Assembly: GCA_051942205.1 (NCBI GenBank)
Contig: JAVECO010000030.1
Location: 62,001-126,000 of the forward strand
DNA: 64,000 bases
Source: Coniocarpon cinnabarinum
Taxonomy: Eukaryota
Direction: 5' to 3'
The notes under the pieces are model-generated. The model searched no databases. It had not been told where the DNA came from and saw nothing but the letters and a program-made list of their open reading frames with translations. Positions 1 to 12,997 of the stretch are shown one piece after another. Positions within the stretch are counted from its first letter, which is position 1. Each line of letters starts with the position of its first letter. The position numbers and the translations under genes are program-made.

Positions 1-986
1 CTTGGCCGCCTATCATGTTAGAGATTGACAGCCGGCCGGAGGCGTGGGCAGCCAATGTGGCACTGTCCGTCGCTTCCCTCACACACACTGTTGGTGCCAC
101 CCATTCCCCGACAGCGGCCCCGGCGGCTTTGATAGGTAGGCCATTCTCTGTTGTGGCATTCTCATCTCCACGCCGTTGGCCTTCTCCTCCCCATTCCTAT
201 CACAGTCGTGCTCGTCGTTGCTTTGTCTTGCGAACCAGCCCACACTGTGTCTTGTCTCCCTAAGCTCGTCCACCAGAATCTTCAGAGCCAAGCACTCGGT
301 CTCCAGGCTGCACCCTGCCCCCCTGAGCCAGACGGACGCAAACGTGCCAAAGCCCGCGGGTGGCCGCACCACTCACCTCCTTAATCCGTCCATCGTTCCT
401 TCTTCCTCGCCAGTCCACGCCCTTCATCACCACCACCCTCTCCTCGGCGCCATCTCTCGCTCCAGACTTGAAGCATTGGATTGCTTGGGTTTTGCAGCTT
501 GCTTATGTCTACCTAATACTCTTTGCCGGGCGGCCTGAAGATCAGGCGTCCTCGCGGCTCTCTGCGTGTCTCGACGCGAAACGCCCGCCGACAGCGCCAT
601 TCCGACTCCTTACCTCCAGCTTTTTTCCACTTCGCTTGTCGATATTCTACTCAAATTCTTTTCTCAGCAACTGTCTTAGTATTACATTTCGCTTCTCGTT
701 ACTTACACTTCGACCGACATTTCGCTTTCAAAAGCATAGTAACCAGATACTGGTATGTGCACCTTCAAGTCACACAAGGCCCCATCCTTTCCCTGCAACA
801 CATACCGTCAATTCCCTTCACTTTCTCCGCATCTCTCGCTGCCACGAGTACCCCAACGGCTGACGAACCCACTAGCATTAGTTTATCTACTTTATACCAA
901 CCTTACTTTACCACACTGAGCCGCCGTCGATCGTTGAAAGATACCGTCGGTAAACAGTAAAACCTGAAAGACCTCGCCAATTTCAG

Positions 987-3552
987 ATGGCTGAAGTGCT
1001 TCGCCCAATTGTACCCTCCAACAGCCCTTTGTCTGTCGGTCAATCAGCACAATCACCTCCTCCTGAAAAACACACGCGTAATTCGCCCAGCCCTCATAAT
1101 CACAATACCTCCAGAGTCGTGCAGATGCCCCGCAATAACAATCACCACCATCATCCACATCACGTCAATGGCGGTCCAACCTACCGGGGGGCCTCTGCCT
1201 CTCCCACTTATGCATTCAAATCGACTCCCACTCTGCAGAGTCAGCCGAAGAGTGGTGTACAGGCATCGCAACAGCAATCGACAGTGTCCTCAGCACAGCC
1301 GCTGAGCAATGACAATTCGGCAGCAAACCGAGGCCGCTATCCCTCCCCGCCATCAGTCTCGACCAGTTCTTCATCAAACACCTCTTCCAATCCTTCGTCG
1401 ACGCCGTCAGCTGCACCACCAACATTGTCTACGTGGAGCTCACTGTTCGCCAAGAATGACTCATCTTTCTCTTCTAATTTTCAGGTCGCACCTTTTACCA
1501 CCGAAAAACCAAACAAAGATGCGCTTGCTGCAGAGGCTGTGCCGGAGGCAACATCTGATGCCTTCCCTCCGCTTAACCAGGCGCAAGGTCTGAACGACCC
1601 TTCGTCCAAGACTACTCCGAACCGATATCGTAGGGCACAAAAGCGAGTTGACACTCCAACAAGTGCGCAAGACTCGCCACCACACTCTGGCCCAGCTCCC
1701 ATGGGTCAATTTTCTCATTCAACCCAGTCGAATGGTGTGACGCCCAAATTGACTACGGAAATCCCAAGTGCAGAGCTCGGTTCTCCTGACGCAAACAAGA
1801 ACGCTGAATTCGATCGGACTGACGTGGCAGAACCGCAAGCTAGCCCTGGCGTGGAGCAGGGCGGTTCAAAACCTGGTCTAGCTTCTTTGAACCGGTATCG
1901 TAGGCGAAGCAGTGTCAACACACTCGATGGCTCTGCCAAAGTGGCAGATTCGACCACAGAGAAGTCGGTCGCGCCTTCCAGCCCGAGCGCCGAACGACCT
2001 TCATCTCCCTTGAAGCCCATGTCCTCTGTACGTTCTTTCTCCCTGCCTTTGCGTCCGAGAAAATGCACTTGACGTATTTTTATCACCGTCATGCCGACTC
2101 AACTCATCTGCTGACATTGTATTCTTTGCTGCAGTCAAAACAAAACCAACGAACAGCCTCGCCAACTCGCGGTCTGCCGTTGCGCACTGATGGCTCCAGT
2201 GGACCAGCTAAGACATTCGCCGAAGTGGCTCGCCGCACCAATACACCCTCCCCACTGTCACGGCCAATGACTCCTGACCACGCCTCTCGAACCATCACAC
2301 CCTCCAGCCCTCCCGTAGGTGTAGCTCCGGCTCAAAATTCTGCCTTTCAGAACAGTCCTGCAGTGGCTGCGATGGCAGCTTTGAGCGAGAAAGACAACCA
2401 GAAAGGCGTGAAATCTCGTCTTCGCCGTGCATTCTCTTTCGGAAGCTCTGCTGAGCTCAATAGGGCTACACAAGAAGCTGAAGAGGCCAGAGACAGAGCA
2501 CAAGCTCGTCGTGAAAAGTTCAGCACTGAGCTGGATGAAGAGCAAGCTTCCATTGCAAGACAACAGGAGGCTGCCGGTCTTGGTGAAAGCATTTATTCGG
2601 GACAGGCTGGATTCGCAGGCTCTACGGATAATTTATCTATCTCATCTACTGCTTCGTCCGCCTCGATGATGCTTCGCAAGATGGGCAAAGGTGTCAAGAA
2701 AGGCGGACGCTCCATCAAAGGTCTCTTCCGACCAAAGTCAGCGATTGGGGTGCCACCTCCAGATGGCCCACTGGGCGCCGGTGTTGGCGAGATTTCGAGA
2801 GTGACTGTCGAGGCAGAGCGAGAGAAGGTGAACATAAATGCTGATCCAAGAGATCAGAGTGGTGGAGGTACGGGCTTTCCGAAGCTTGAGCGCAACTCAT
2901 TTGACGCTGTACGGGCCTCTCTTGGCGACGATAAGTCACGACCGCATCATGCAGATGTGGGTCACGACAACCGCAAGAGCATAGTTGGTGGAGACTCGGA
3001 TCGAGCAGAGGTTCTCGCATCTGTCAAGCGAAGCATTCTCAAGCGCTCGAACACCGGATCGCCCACTGCCTCACCGACACTCAGGCCAGCTGACTCTGCT
3101 TTCACTCAACACGACAACCCTTCTCTCGAACGGCATATATCTCCTGTGCCTAGCAACAACAGCACCAGCGAGATTCAGAGGAACGGTCATTTGCGTGAGA
3201 TGTCTGGCGGCGCCAACAATGACTACTTTGGCAAACTCAACAAAACAGGCAACCAATCGTCTCGCAGTTTGCCAGGTACACCCAGAAGCACCAACTCCCG
3301 GAACATTAGCTTCAGTCCTCGCATTGTATTCCACGACGTCTGGTCTAGCGCTGAATACGATCGTCGAGGCGACATTGCTACCTGCAACAGGTTGACTCCT
3401 ATGCTTGCTCAGCAGATCAAAGAGGAGCTGAACACCTTCAAAATGGTAAGCTATCAAACTATGGATAGCCACCGGGAGAAAACCTGCTAACTCTCCTTTA
3501 TTAGGAAATGGAGGTTCACGAAATGTCGAAGCCACACACGCACTTCTTCTAG
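987..3552 (+). CDS. BNI4: Bni4-like PP1(Glc7)-targeting/septin-associated protein; exons ~987-2027, 2135-3445, 3505-3552
   Basis: Long S/P-rich low-complexity region followed by the conserved C-terminus RNISFSPRIVFHDVWSSAEYDRRGDIATCNRLTPMLAQQIKEELNTFKM/EMEVHEMSKPHTHFF. Introns GTACGT..GCTGAC..CAG (2028-2134) and GTAAGC..GCTAAC..TAG (3446-3504) join the ORFs in frame. Confidence 0.8.
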
Positions 3553-4452
3553 AATAACGCCAGTAACGTATACCACGCACTCACGCAAACTTCTCATTTG
3601 GTCGGCAATGGCTCTCTCATTTGCATGGCGCAGCGGATTTCTTGACTCCAGATAGGTCATTGGAGTTTGAATGGCAACTTGTGGCATAGGCATGGAAAGT
3701 GAGGCAGGACTTTGGATCACTTACTTTGTCGCCGGAGGTACTCACTGGGGAAACGTGTGGTACTCGCGCGTGTACGAAATGATCGTCTCTGCTTTCAAGT
3801 TCGAGATGACTGAGTCGAGCATCCACTCAGCGGTCTACCAAGGAATGGCTTTCTGATCATACACCCAAAAATGACGAACAGGTTATTCGCAGCATCAGCG
3901 GTATGCTTTAATCCTCATATCATGAGCGAATGGGTGTGCGGTACTGGGCGAGGGCGGGATCGCAGATTCTGGGTTTCCGCAAACAATGTAGTCTCTTCTA
4001 GTAGAGTGTAATGCAGACCCACTCACGCTGTTGCCGACTCCAGGGACGAGTTTCATCTTTTGCATTCCGCTGTGTCAGTGCAAGTATAATCGAGTTGCCA
4101 GGACTCGGATTTTCTGTATCATGCTTTTTGTTGAGATCGTTGACGTTAGACTGTTCGGCCGGTTGACCTTACAAGAGCCATCGAACTTTGACTACTGCGT
4201 ACGACCTGCCTTCGCGTTGCTCAGAGAATGAGTGCCACATCGAATGTTCATGATAGAGACTAATCATCTTTGGCTATCATCCATCAATCCCTGTTAGTGC
4301 TGTCGACACGAGAATCGGCGTCGATGAACCACCGCTTCTTCGTCGTGCAAGCCAATAACAGTTTAGGAGTAGCTCGTCAATCTCTTCACAGTACGCTGCT
4401 GGCGCAGCTTGCTGATCTGCCAAATTCGTTTCTCTCCCCTTAAGCATTCACA

Positions 4453-5360
4453 ATGTATCATCTCGTCAAATCTCTCTACCTACAAGCCACGTCACTTCCC
4501 GAGTACTCAATCCTCTTGTTAGGTCTCGATGGCGCGGGCAAGACGACATTTCTCAATCAGATACGAAACATATACGGCGCAGCGGCAGTGAAGGGAGACC
4601 GTCTGGCAATAGGCAGCAGAGGCGATGGGGCACCAAGTGAAAGCGCGGGCAGGACAGTGCCCACTGTGGGGCAGAATGTTGTGACGGTAGGTGGCATTTG
4701 AAGATTTGAGACCGAGACGGGGAGGACCGTGTTGCTTGTCGGAACAATGGTTGATATTGCGATCAGATTCAATTACCCTCGCTATATCTCCGCATATGGG
4801 ACCTCGGTGGGCAGCAATCTATACGTTCGCTTTGGAGACAGTACTACAACTCCTGTCACGCGATCGTCTTCCTTGTCGATTCCTCGGATATTGGCGATGG
4901 CAATCTCTCCTCTCTTCCCTCTCGAACTCAATCACCTTTCCCATCCGTATCTTCCTCCCGCCGACAGAGCCGCATGTACGATGAAGTCGATACAGATGGG
5001 CGGCTGGGCGAGTGCGCTGCGGTACTGTCTGAGCTGTTGAAAGACGGCGGGACAGCGGGAGTGCCCCTGCTTGTGCTGGCGAATAAGCAAGATCGAGAAG
5101 ATAGCGTAGAGGTGGTTCGGATCAAGGAGGGGTTCGTTAGAAGGGTGGTTGAGGGCGAAGAAGACGTGGTCGTTGCGCATACTCCTGTGGATGATACAGA
5201 CGCAACTGACACAGCGCAGAGGAGAGGTCAGGGCTACGTCAGAGACAGTCGAGTCTTGCCCTGCAGTGCCTTAAGTGGACATGGTGTCAAGGAAGCAGTC
5301 GAATGGGTTAGTACGAGAGCTGCTTGGAATAAAGAGGCGCGACAACCTGTGATGAGATGA
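4453..5360 (+). CDS. ARL3: ARF-related small GTPase Arl3/ARFRP1; intron ~4687-4767
   Basis: MYHL start, P-loop GLDGAGKTT, PTVGQN, IWDLGGQ, LANKQD and CSAL motifs. Confidence 0.9.
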
Positions 5361-6270
5361 TCCTTCCTACTGAGAGCCGATCGCACCTCTTACAAAGCGC
5401 ATGCAGCTTCGCTGTGATGACCTCGGGACTGCATAAATATCTACTGGTGAGATATCCGACGGGCATCAGAGATTTGGGAGGGATCGGTCACCAGCCAGTA
5501 TTCAATACCAGATCGGAAGATGAGTTAGTACCCTTTGTGCGCATGGCTCTGGACTAACAACTCTATGCGAAGAACAAAGCAGTTCTTGTGCGTATCAGCA
5601 CTCTCGACTAGTTAGGAAAATGTCACACGATAGCAGCAACGCCGCCTCTGAGTGATTCTAGGAACTCCGAGTGGCTTTCTATGACGGCTGACTCTATCAT
5701 TTGGATGTGATTGACGCTGAAGAGACTCAAGCCCTCGCAGAGGCATTCGCCGCTCTAAGCGCACTTTGAACGCTAAAACATGAACAAGCGTCCAGACCGG
5801 GGTCATGCGCGTCTTGGACTGCCTTTACGCGTGGTTTCGACCAGATAAGTCGTTCAAGACTACACATCTTGCTGGACCAGTATACGACACGCCTCCTCGG
5901 ATTTAACCTGGCTGGCTCTTGTTGTGATTTCTTGTCCCACAGTGTATCATTCATTTCAAACGGTGGAGAGCTCATGCGTAGTTATGCAGCAATGCTAAGA
6001 GACTGGGCGCATTGAAGACCATATAGACAAGATGACTCACCACCCGACCAAGCCTACACGATGTTACTCTTGTTGCGTCTGTGAACGACAACTACAAGGC
6101 TCCGTGGTCAGATCAAATCGCATGCCGGATGACATGATACCTCAAGTCCCTACACGCTCAACATGGGCTACGCCTGTTTTGAAATGCGGAATGGACCGAT
6201 CTCGCATCGAGACCAACAAGACGAGCTACAACGCTTCCGGGCTCGCCTGTCATATCAATATTACCGTTTG

Positions 6271-6446
6271 CGACAATATGTATCATCACATATAGAAGTC
6301 GTTGGCGGACCTCATTCTAGGCGACGAGCCCGTGCGATAATACACATTCTGGTCATCAGACGAGTACGACGGCGAAAGCCAATGTTTTACTCATCAGGTG
6401 CTGAATCAGAATACGGCAAATCCCTTTTTTCACGAGGTCCTTGCCA
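6271..6446 (+). repeat. ~170-bp dispersed element, copy A
   Basis: AAGTCGTTGGCGGACCTCATTCTAGGCGACGAGCCCGT...GAGTACGACGGCGAAAGCC...GCTGAATCAGAATACGGCAAA...CTTGCC matches the other copies. Confidence 0.85.
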
Positions 6447-6642
6447 TTTCGTCGCCTTGCTAAAGTCATTCAGGAGATAAGACATAGCCTCTGTAGCAAC
6501 ATTCGTGTCTAAGCAACAATTCCTAGTCAAGGATGGGAGTTCGGCGAGCCCTGAGGTACACTTGGGGACCTCATGCTATCAGCAATCTGTTCCTGATCCA
6601 CAACAGGGCTCTACACTTTATGTGTCTGTATAGTCCTACCTA

Positions 6643-6812
6643 CCACAAGGGTCAGAACGAAAGTCGTTAACGGATGCCAATTTGGGCAACGAGCCCGTAC
6701 AACAACAGTGATTCGGTCTATAAAGCTATGAGCAAACCGGCGAAAGTCCTTCGTAACTCATAAAAAGCTGAATCATCGTGTGGCAACTACTTCCCTACTA
6801 AACCCTTGCCAC
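6643..6812 (+). repeat. ~170-bp dispersed element, copy B
   Basis: CAAGGGTCAG..AAAGTCGTTAACGG...GGCAACGAGCCCGT...AAAGCTATGAGCAAACCGGCGAAAGTCC...GCTGAATCATCGTGTGGCAA...CCCTTGCCAC. Confidence 0.85.
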
Positions 6813-7505
6813 GAATTGCGATTCCTGCCTGGAAACTTGCTTGTGACAGGCCCCTTAAGACAGTCAAGATTGCTGAGTGCCACGCACGTGACCAGCTCAG
6901 TCCCTACCTATGTCAAGGACCGAACTCGAAGAAGACACACAGCTCCTACATGTACACGTCAATGTCCGCAGCACAACTCTGACACTGCCACTCCCTTATC
7001 AAGCCACGAAACAGTTTGTGGTCCCGTCTCGTTCGCGTACCTCCTAATCTAGTATCACCATAAGGCCAAGAGAAGATTGACAGCAATCTGCCCAATTACA
7101 TTGGCCTGATTCGTGTCGAACAGCATATATTATGCGACGAGCTCAGACAAGTTGCCTACTGTTCCACTGGTTCAATGCTGCTGAAGAGCATGTTTCATCC
7201 GTGTGAAGTTGCGGTATGACGAAGTACGTACCTCCCTGTTCCCCGCAATTGTTGCCAAGCTGCATTAAGTAAGTTTCCTGCTTGAGCCACTCACCAATGT
7301 GCCTTACACTGCCTGGGTTGCGCCGCAGAGCCTTGTCGACTGTGGCATCAGTCCCTCTTTCAAGCCAATGAGAAAGGCGGGCTTCTTGCTGCTGCGCCTA
7401 TGACTGTGAGGCTTGAAGGCTGAGAGCACCGTTGAAACGATTCTCTCAAGGATTTGACAATGCAATTGTGCGGAGCATTTAGTGTTGGCATTGACCTATC
7501 AAGAC

Positions 7506-7678
7506 ATGGAAAGTATCTCATGGGACAGCACTTGCCGCCCTATAATTCAGCATCTCATGAGGTACAAAGGGCTTTTGCCGTTGTACTAAGAGCTTTGTGA
7601 CACGAATTGCCCTTTTGTTGTACAGGCTCGCTGCTTAGACTAAAATCCGGCAATGACGTCTGTCCTTGATCCCTCCTA
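7506..7678 (-). repeat. ~170-bp dispersed element, copy C (inverted)
   Basis: Reverse complement reads GTCATTGCCGGATTTTAGTCTAAGCAGCGAGCCTGT...GTCACAAAGCTCTTAGTACAACGGCAAAAGCCCTTTGTAC...GATGCTGAATTATAGGGCGGCAAG. Confidence 0.9.
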
Positions 7679-7967
7679 GATCGTACTGAACACGCGCCCC
7701 TGCGACAAAAATACTGGAGCCACCTGGATTCACCGACGCAATCCGTCCTCAATGACGCTGCGGGATATTCCGTGTATGTCTTTGGGGGTTCACCCTTCAG
7801 CCTCAAACGAGGCAGTCAGTCGTGGCGAATGATACTTGTTCATGAAGATTACTAAGCATATGAGGCTATGCAAAATTTTCAATCATTTAAGCAAAGCATA
7901 GCATGCCTAACCATATTCGTTTCCTTAGAGCCATTGATTTAATAGCTGTTTTTTCCAAATAGCGACC

Positions 7968-9873
7968 ATGGATTCTGGACATGGGCCGTCATATTACTCG
8001 TCTTACACAGACTTTCTGTCTACGTTCAGGAAGCTCAGCCCGAAGTTCAATGCAGTCCACGAGTTCCTCACCCAGCTGCATCTCTTTACAACTCCAGGAC
8101 ATAGCCCTCCGGAAGGCGCCTACGTCATCTATGAATCCCAGGAACCGCGGTCTCTCGAGGTGGAGCAGCATAAGCAGCCGGAGCGTTTACGGTCAGCCCT
8201 CGAAAATCAGGCTCTATCGCCATGTTTGCACCTAGTTGTTCTCCACTACTCCGACCACGGATTATTCCACAAATGTTGGATCGAAGAGCTTGGCCATTAT
8301 TTTGACCTCGACCCTATATATTTATTCAATCATTTATTGTTGTGTAGCGATGGAAGTAAATTCTTGCCGCTACATGAGATTGATGCTTTTCAAGACCTCT
8401 TGAGTCGACGTCGCTCGCTGGAGCTGGGATGTGCGCCATGGGTTCACGCATCTATAAGTCTGCGGAGAGGCAAGAACGATGCACACGATACAGGTGCGTG
8501 GAAGCACAGTACTCGTGACCCTCATTATTCAGCTATCTGCCTCGGAATGAGTACTGACGCCTGCCCTCCCAGTGATTATGCTTCTCCACACAACAGAGTT
8601 GAACGGCTGTGTCAAAAAGGGTGTCGTCGACTTGGAGACACCGACACTCTCATCGAATCCGGACCTCGTTCATGAGTTGTCCAACATTGAATGCTTCGTC
8701 GTGGCTTACCTGCGCGAAATGAGGAATCACCACCAACGTCAAGGTGAGTTAAGTCTGGAAACCATCCTATTACCTTTGGGTACAAAGCTAGCACAATATT
8801 TCATGAGCACTCTGGCAGAATATCGGTGGCGACACCGGAAACAGTTCCAAGACCTTGACGACGTTCATGAGATACGGAACCTGGAGAAATTCGCGGCCAG
8901 CGACAGTTTTGCAACCTATCGATATCACTACGATCTCAATCTTGAGCGATTGAAGTGGACAATCGATAGCCTCGAAAACCCTGGGTCGACTTGGAGATCA
9001 GCGTTCCTCCAGCTTCACTCCAAAGAGGGCTGGACGACGATGTTGAACGACTTTCACCACATTTTAGCCAATGGAGAGCGGGATCGTCAAGAGCTCCAAG
9101 CATATGTTGCTCACTGCCTGCAGCACTTTAAATTGGTAAACGCCGTGAATGCCAGGCACCAATCCACACTCAACCGCGGCCTCAGCATTCTGGCATTTAT
9201 TTATATCCCGCTCTCCTTCGTTACATCGTTCTTCGGAATGAACGTGAGCAAATGGATTGGGTCCGATGGAGCTCACCTTCCACTATGGATCCCTGTCGCG
9301 AGCGGACTGAGCCTCTTGGGTGCTACAATCTTCATCCTGTTCTTCATCCTGATCAGCGGCTGGATGTTCTACTGGTGCCGGCGTCACCTCGGCTGGTTTC
9401 CTGGACGCTTGTACATCATTGCCCGCTTTGCCAAGTACCGGCCCGACTACGCCTTCTGGATCACCATTTTCATGTTTACACATCATCACTTCATTACCTT
9501 CGACTTATGCCGTAGACTCGGCATCGACGATGTGATCTGGGGTCGAGCAGTCTGGGTTCGACCTAACACATTTCCAATCAATTATAGGGTGCGTTCTGAC
9601 TTCTGGCGGCGCCAATGGTGGCTCGTCGCCCGGTACCTTGAGGACCCGGATTGGTCCAAGAAGCCGCTTCTCACGCGCTGGTGGCGGTCCAAGTCCCGGC
9701 GTCAGGAGGACTCCGAAACTGCGGAGAATGGTATGGATTGGTCGGGCACTCAGGCTCACGCTATTGAAGCTTCGATGAAGCAACACCGCCGGGAGTGGAA
9801 AACGCTGCCAGCGCATAATCGTCGTCCTCACTTTCCTGATAAACTTAGTCAGCTGCCGGGGTATATAGAGTAG
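7968..9873 (+). CDS. CorA-like (GMN-motif) Mg2+ transporter-domain protein; intron ~8494-8572
   Basis: C-terminal TM pair with LSILAFIYIPLSFVTSFFGMNV. The GTGCGT..ACTGAC..CAG intron joins the 235-aa and 433-aa ORFs in frame. Confidence 0.8.
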
Positions 9874-10821
9874 ATACATAGGCAGACAGCCGCGTCCGAG
9901 GCCAGATCGCATACGTGGTGTCGCACAGCAAAAAACATCCCAAAGTTTTCCACGTTCAAGTTGTTCGAGTACTTATACATCTAGTAATTCAGTGGAGAAA
10001 TGGCTCCAAGAAGTCAACTCTTGTCGAAGTCTTGAAAATGCATGCAAATAATGTTTCCTTATTGCTGTTGCCTTTGCGCCACGAGTTTTATTACCATACC
10101 TCGGACTTTGCACGTGATGCAGTTCAATGCCAAGACTTGTAGGCTGTGACTGCACGTGACCAGAGATTACTACTTCACTTCCACTCTTTCGCACGCACGT
10201 ACAACTTTGCTCCTCAGCCATCAATGAACTGACCACGCTCGACGCTCGCTGTCACCTTGTCATAAGGTAATCACGAGCGCCGAGTCGAGTGGAATGGCTC
10301 GAATACACGCCAGTAAACACATCAATCCGCCCACCTAATCATCTCCCCAACGCTGCGTCGCGGTGATTTCAACTCATAACTTTATTACCTTTTTTTTTTT
10401 CTCAGCAAGCCGATCATTGCACCAGCAAGCACGACACTACAGCAGTGCAACCATCTTAGCCACCCAGGACGAGTTTGCTCGCTTCCTCGACTGGGGTGGC
10501 ATCTCTACTATCGTTCCCAAGCCACATGCTGTAGGAAGCTTTCGAGCAACACTATTTATCCCGGCCAATGAGCTCTACGGCCTCTCTCACAATCAAGTCA
10601 TTGGCTCTGTGAAAGGAGACGGCCAGGAACGAGGAAAGAGCATTGGCCTTTGCGTCAACTTCCACGTTGTCGGGATATTTATCACGTTCACCGAGCTTAC
10701 AAGAATGTCTGCACGGTCGTTAGTTGAGATTCACTGGACTCGACGTTCTTTTCTTCATCTCTTTCACGACCCGCACCCGTCCTCCAATCCTTCACTCCCT
10801 TTGCGGCCCCCTTTCTGTTCC

Positions 10822-12361
10822 ATGTTGATGTCTCAAGGTACGTACGTACGCCCGATTCCGAACCCTTTTCTTCTTTTTCAATGCCTCACACATGCACAAT
10901 TATGACGCTATTCAGTCCAAATGGAATGGTTCAGCGGTTGTGATTGGCAATGCGTTGCATCTATCCACTTTCTGATGCCAGATCCGACGAGGATTGGGCG
11001 GATTACTAACTTCTGTCTACCAGACATCGGTCGACTTTCCTGCACTGCTTGAGAGCCCAAAGTGTCCTTCAAAAGACCTGCGAAGAGCACGAAGGAGGCT
11101 ATGTGTGCCAGAGAGCGCCATATCTTCTTACACGCCATTGCCAAGGTCAGATGACGTCGGTGGTCACAATGCGAGCGAAGTCTAGACCAGCTAGCTTTCT
11201 AGTATACCTCGTTATAGCTTAATTACGTCCACGTCAAAGCCTGACGTGTCGGCCGATGCTCATTCACTAGAAGCAGACGAACCAATTTGCGATGAGCAAC
11301 CCGTAGCGCCTCCGCCTGGATTATCGCGGAAATTTCGCAAGAAGAAGGCTGCTTCGCAGACGGTGCAATCCATATTCGCACCACTCTCGCGGCGCAGTCA
11401 AAAGAAGACTCGAGCCACCACTTTTCATGGTAGCATGGTGGATGACTTCAACATCGTCGCGGACGATTACTTGCCCCATATACAAGACAATTACCCGGCG
11501 GACGCCAGTGGCAGTGACTTCGAAGACCCTGAGCCTCCCGCACCAATGCAGGAACCTCGCGATGACCCCTACTTGCACGAAACTGATGTTAAGACTCCAA
11601 CGATTCCGAATTCATCAGCACCCCTTTAGATCGGTCTCGACCAGCCAGCTGCTGAGCTAAAGTATCCTGAGGCAATCAACCTCGCCAGTCTCGGCGAGAC
11701 CTAGGAATCGGTGAAAGAGGTTCCAGAGAAGAAGTTGATGGATGCTACACCGAGAATGGGCTGAGGTCTTCATCAAGGGTCAGATACAGTCCCGCCGGCG
11801 AAGCAACGAGGGATGCTAAAGCATCTCTATGATATCTTCCGTGTTGAACTCAAGCTGGATGAGTACACTGGTGCAATGCTGTCTCTCGAGCCTGAGCAAG
11901 TCATCAAGAGTTTGCCGAAACACCACAATGATTTTGACAAGTCAGGCAAACAGGCTTGGGCCCTGGAAAACAGTTTCCGCATGTGTCTGAGCACCGAAGG
12001 TGCGCTCCATTGTGAACTATGGGCAACGCAGTGGCTGCTCAACTTGCACCTATGCTTGCACGACGAGAAAACCGGTGCCCGGGACTTAGGCTAGCTTCGG
12101 CCAAGGTGCAAGCAATGTCGGAAGGACATTGTGATGGCATATGTCCTCAGACCATATCTCAATAGCTCGTCTTCAAGGCCTTGTGTACTCATTCTCTACA
12201 ATCACGCCGTAGAGAACGACTGTCTCGATGACCACATCACATGGCTGATGAACCTGACCGCGTTCAGCTGGTTCCACGCCTCCTGCGACGAATGCGCCAC
12301 GATCATGACATTCCCGAACGAAGGGGATTGGGAGGTGTGTCCGCGCGGCAATGCCCAGTAA
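10822..12361 (+). pseudogene. Pseudogene of an unknown protein (CxxC..CxxC near the C-terminus) broken by in-frame stops
   Basis: ORF fragments at 10994, 11246, 11813 and 12131 are all in one frame, separated only by single stops (TAG at ~11183, 11192, 11627, 11702, 12092; TGA at ~11762). Intron-like signals at 10838-10915 and ~11005-11023. Confidence 0.6.
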
Positions 12362-12399
12362 CTCAAGATCCATAGTGGCGGAGACACTGGACTCGACAA

Positions 12400-12569
12400 C
12401 AGCAAGGGCCAGCGACAAAAGTCATTGCCGCGTCTCAGCCTAGGCGACGAGCCTGTTCGATAAGTATAATTTAGGTCTCAAGCCCATAAGCACAACGGCG
12501 ACAGGCCTGGGTCAGTGATAAGACACTGAATTATAGTGCGGCAAGCACTATCCTACTAGGCCCTTGCCG
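12400..12569 (+). repeat. ~170-bp dispersed element, copy D (best-preserved terminal inverted repeats)
   Basis: The 5' end CAGCAAGGGCCAGCGACAAAAGTCATTGCCG resembles the reverse complement of the 3' end, CGGCAAGGGCCTAGTAGGATAGTGCTTGCCG. Confidence 0.9.
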
Positions 12570-12997
12570 ACCCAACTCGTCGCACGCCCAGGTTAAAACG
12601 CCAACGAATCGGTCACTTCGACACAACAACGACTGCAAGACTAAGGGGACCGAAGAAGCCCCTCTAGCGCAATGACTCAGCTATGCTGAGCTTTCCATGT
12701 CGCACTGCTGAGTTCATTGAACCGCTCACATGCTCTACTGCACCAGCGAAGGGTTATCCGCAATCGGTCTTGACCCCTTTGAATCTGAAAGCCGGTTCTA
12801 ATGTTTACAAAAGCATCTGGACGACCAGCCCATTCGAAAATTCATCGCGCGCGCAAATTTTCCAGGGCTTCCCATTCGTGGCCGCGTTCAAACGTCTTCC
12901 ATCGACCTCACGCTCATCCTCCAATTCTCTCCCTCGCTACTTTCTTTTCCACACTCGAACTGGTCCACGTTAATATCTCACGGTACATACGGCCAGT

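Noticed and set aside
15..960. Several overlapping ORFs upstream of the BNI4-like gene
   Set aside because: Pyrimidine-rich promoter/5'-UTR composition and no recognisable protein motifs.
6271..6812. CRISPR-like or satellite array
   Set aside because: Eukaryotic sequence; copies are long, dispersed, in both orientations, and have no regular spacers.
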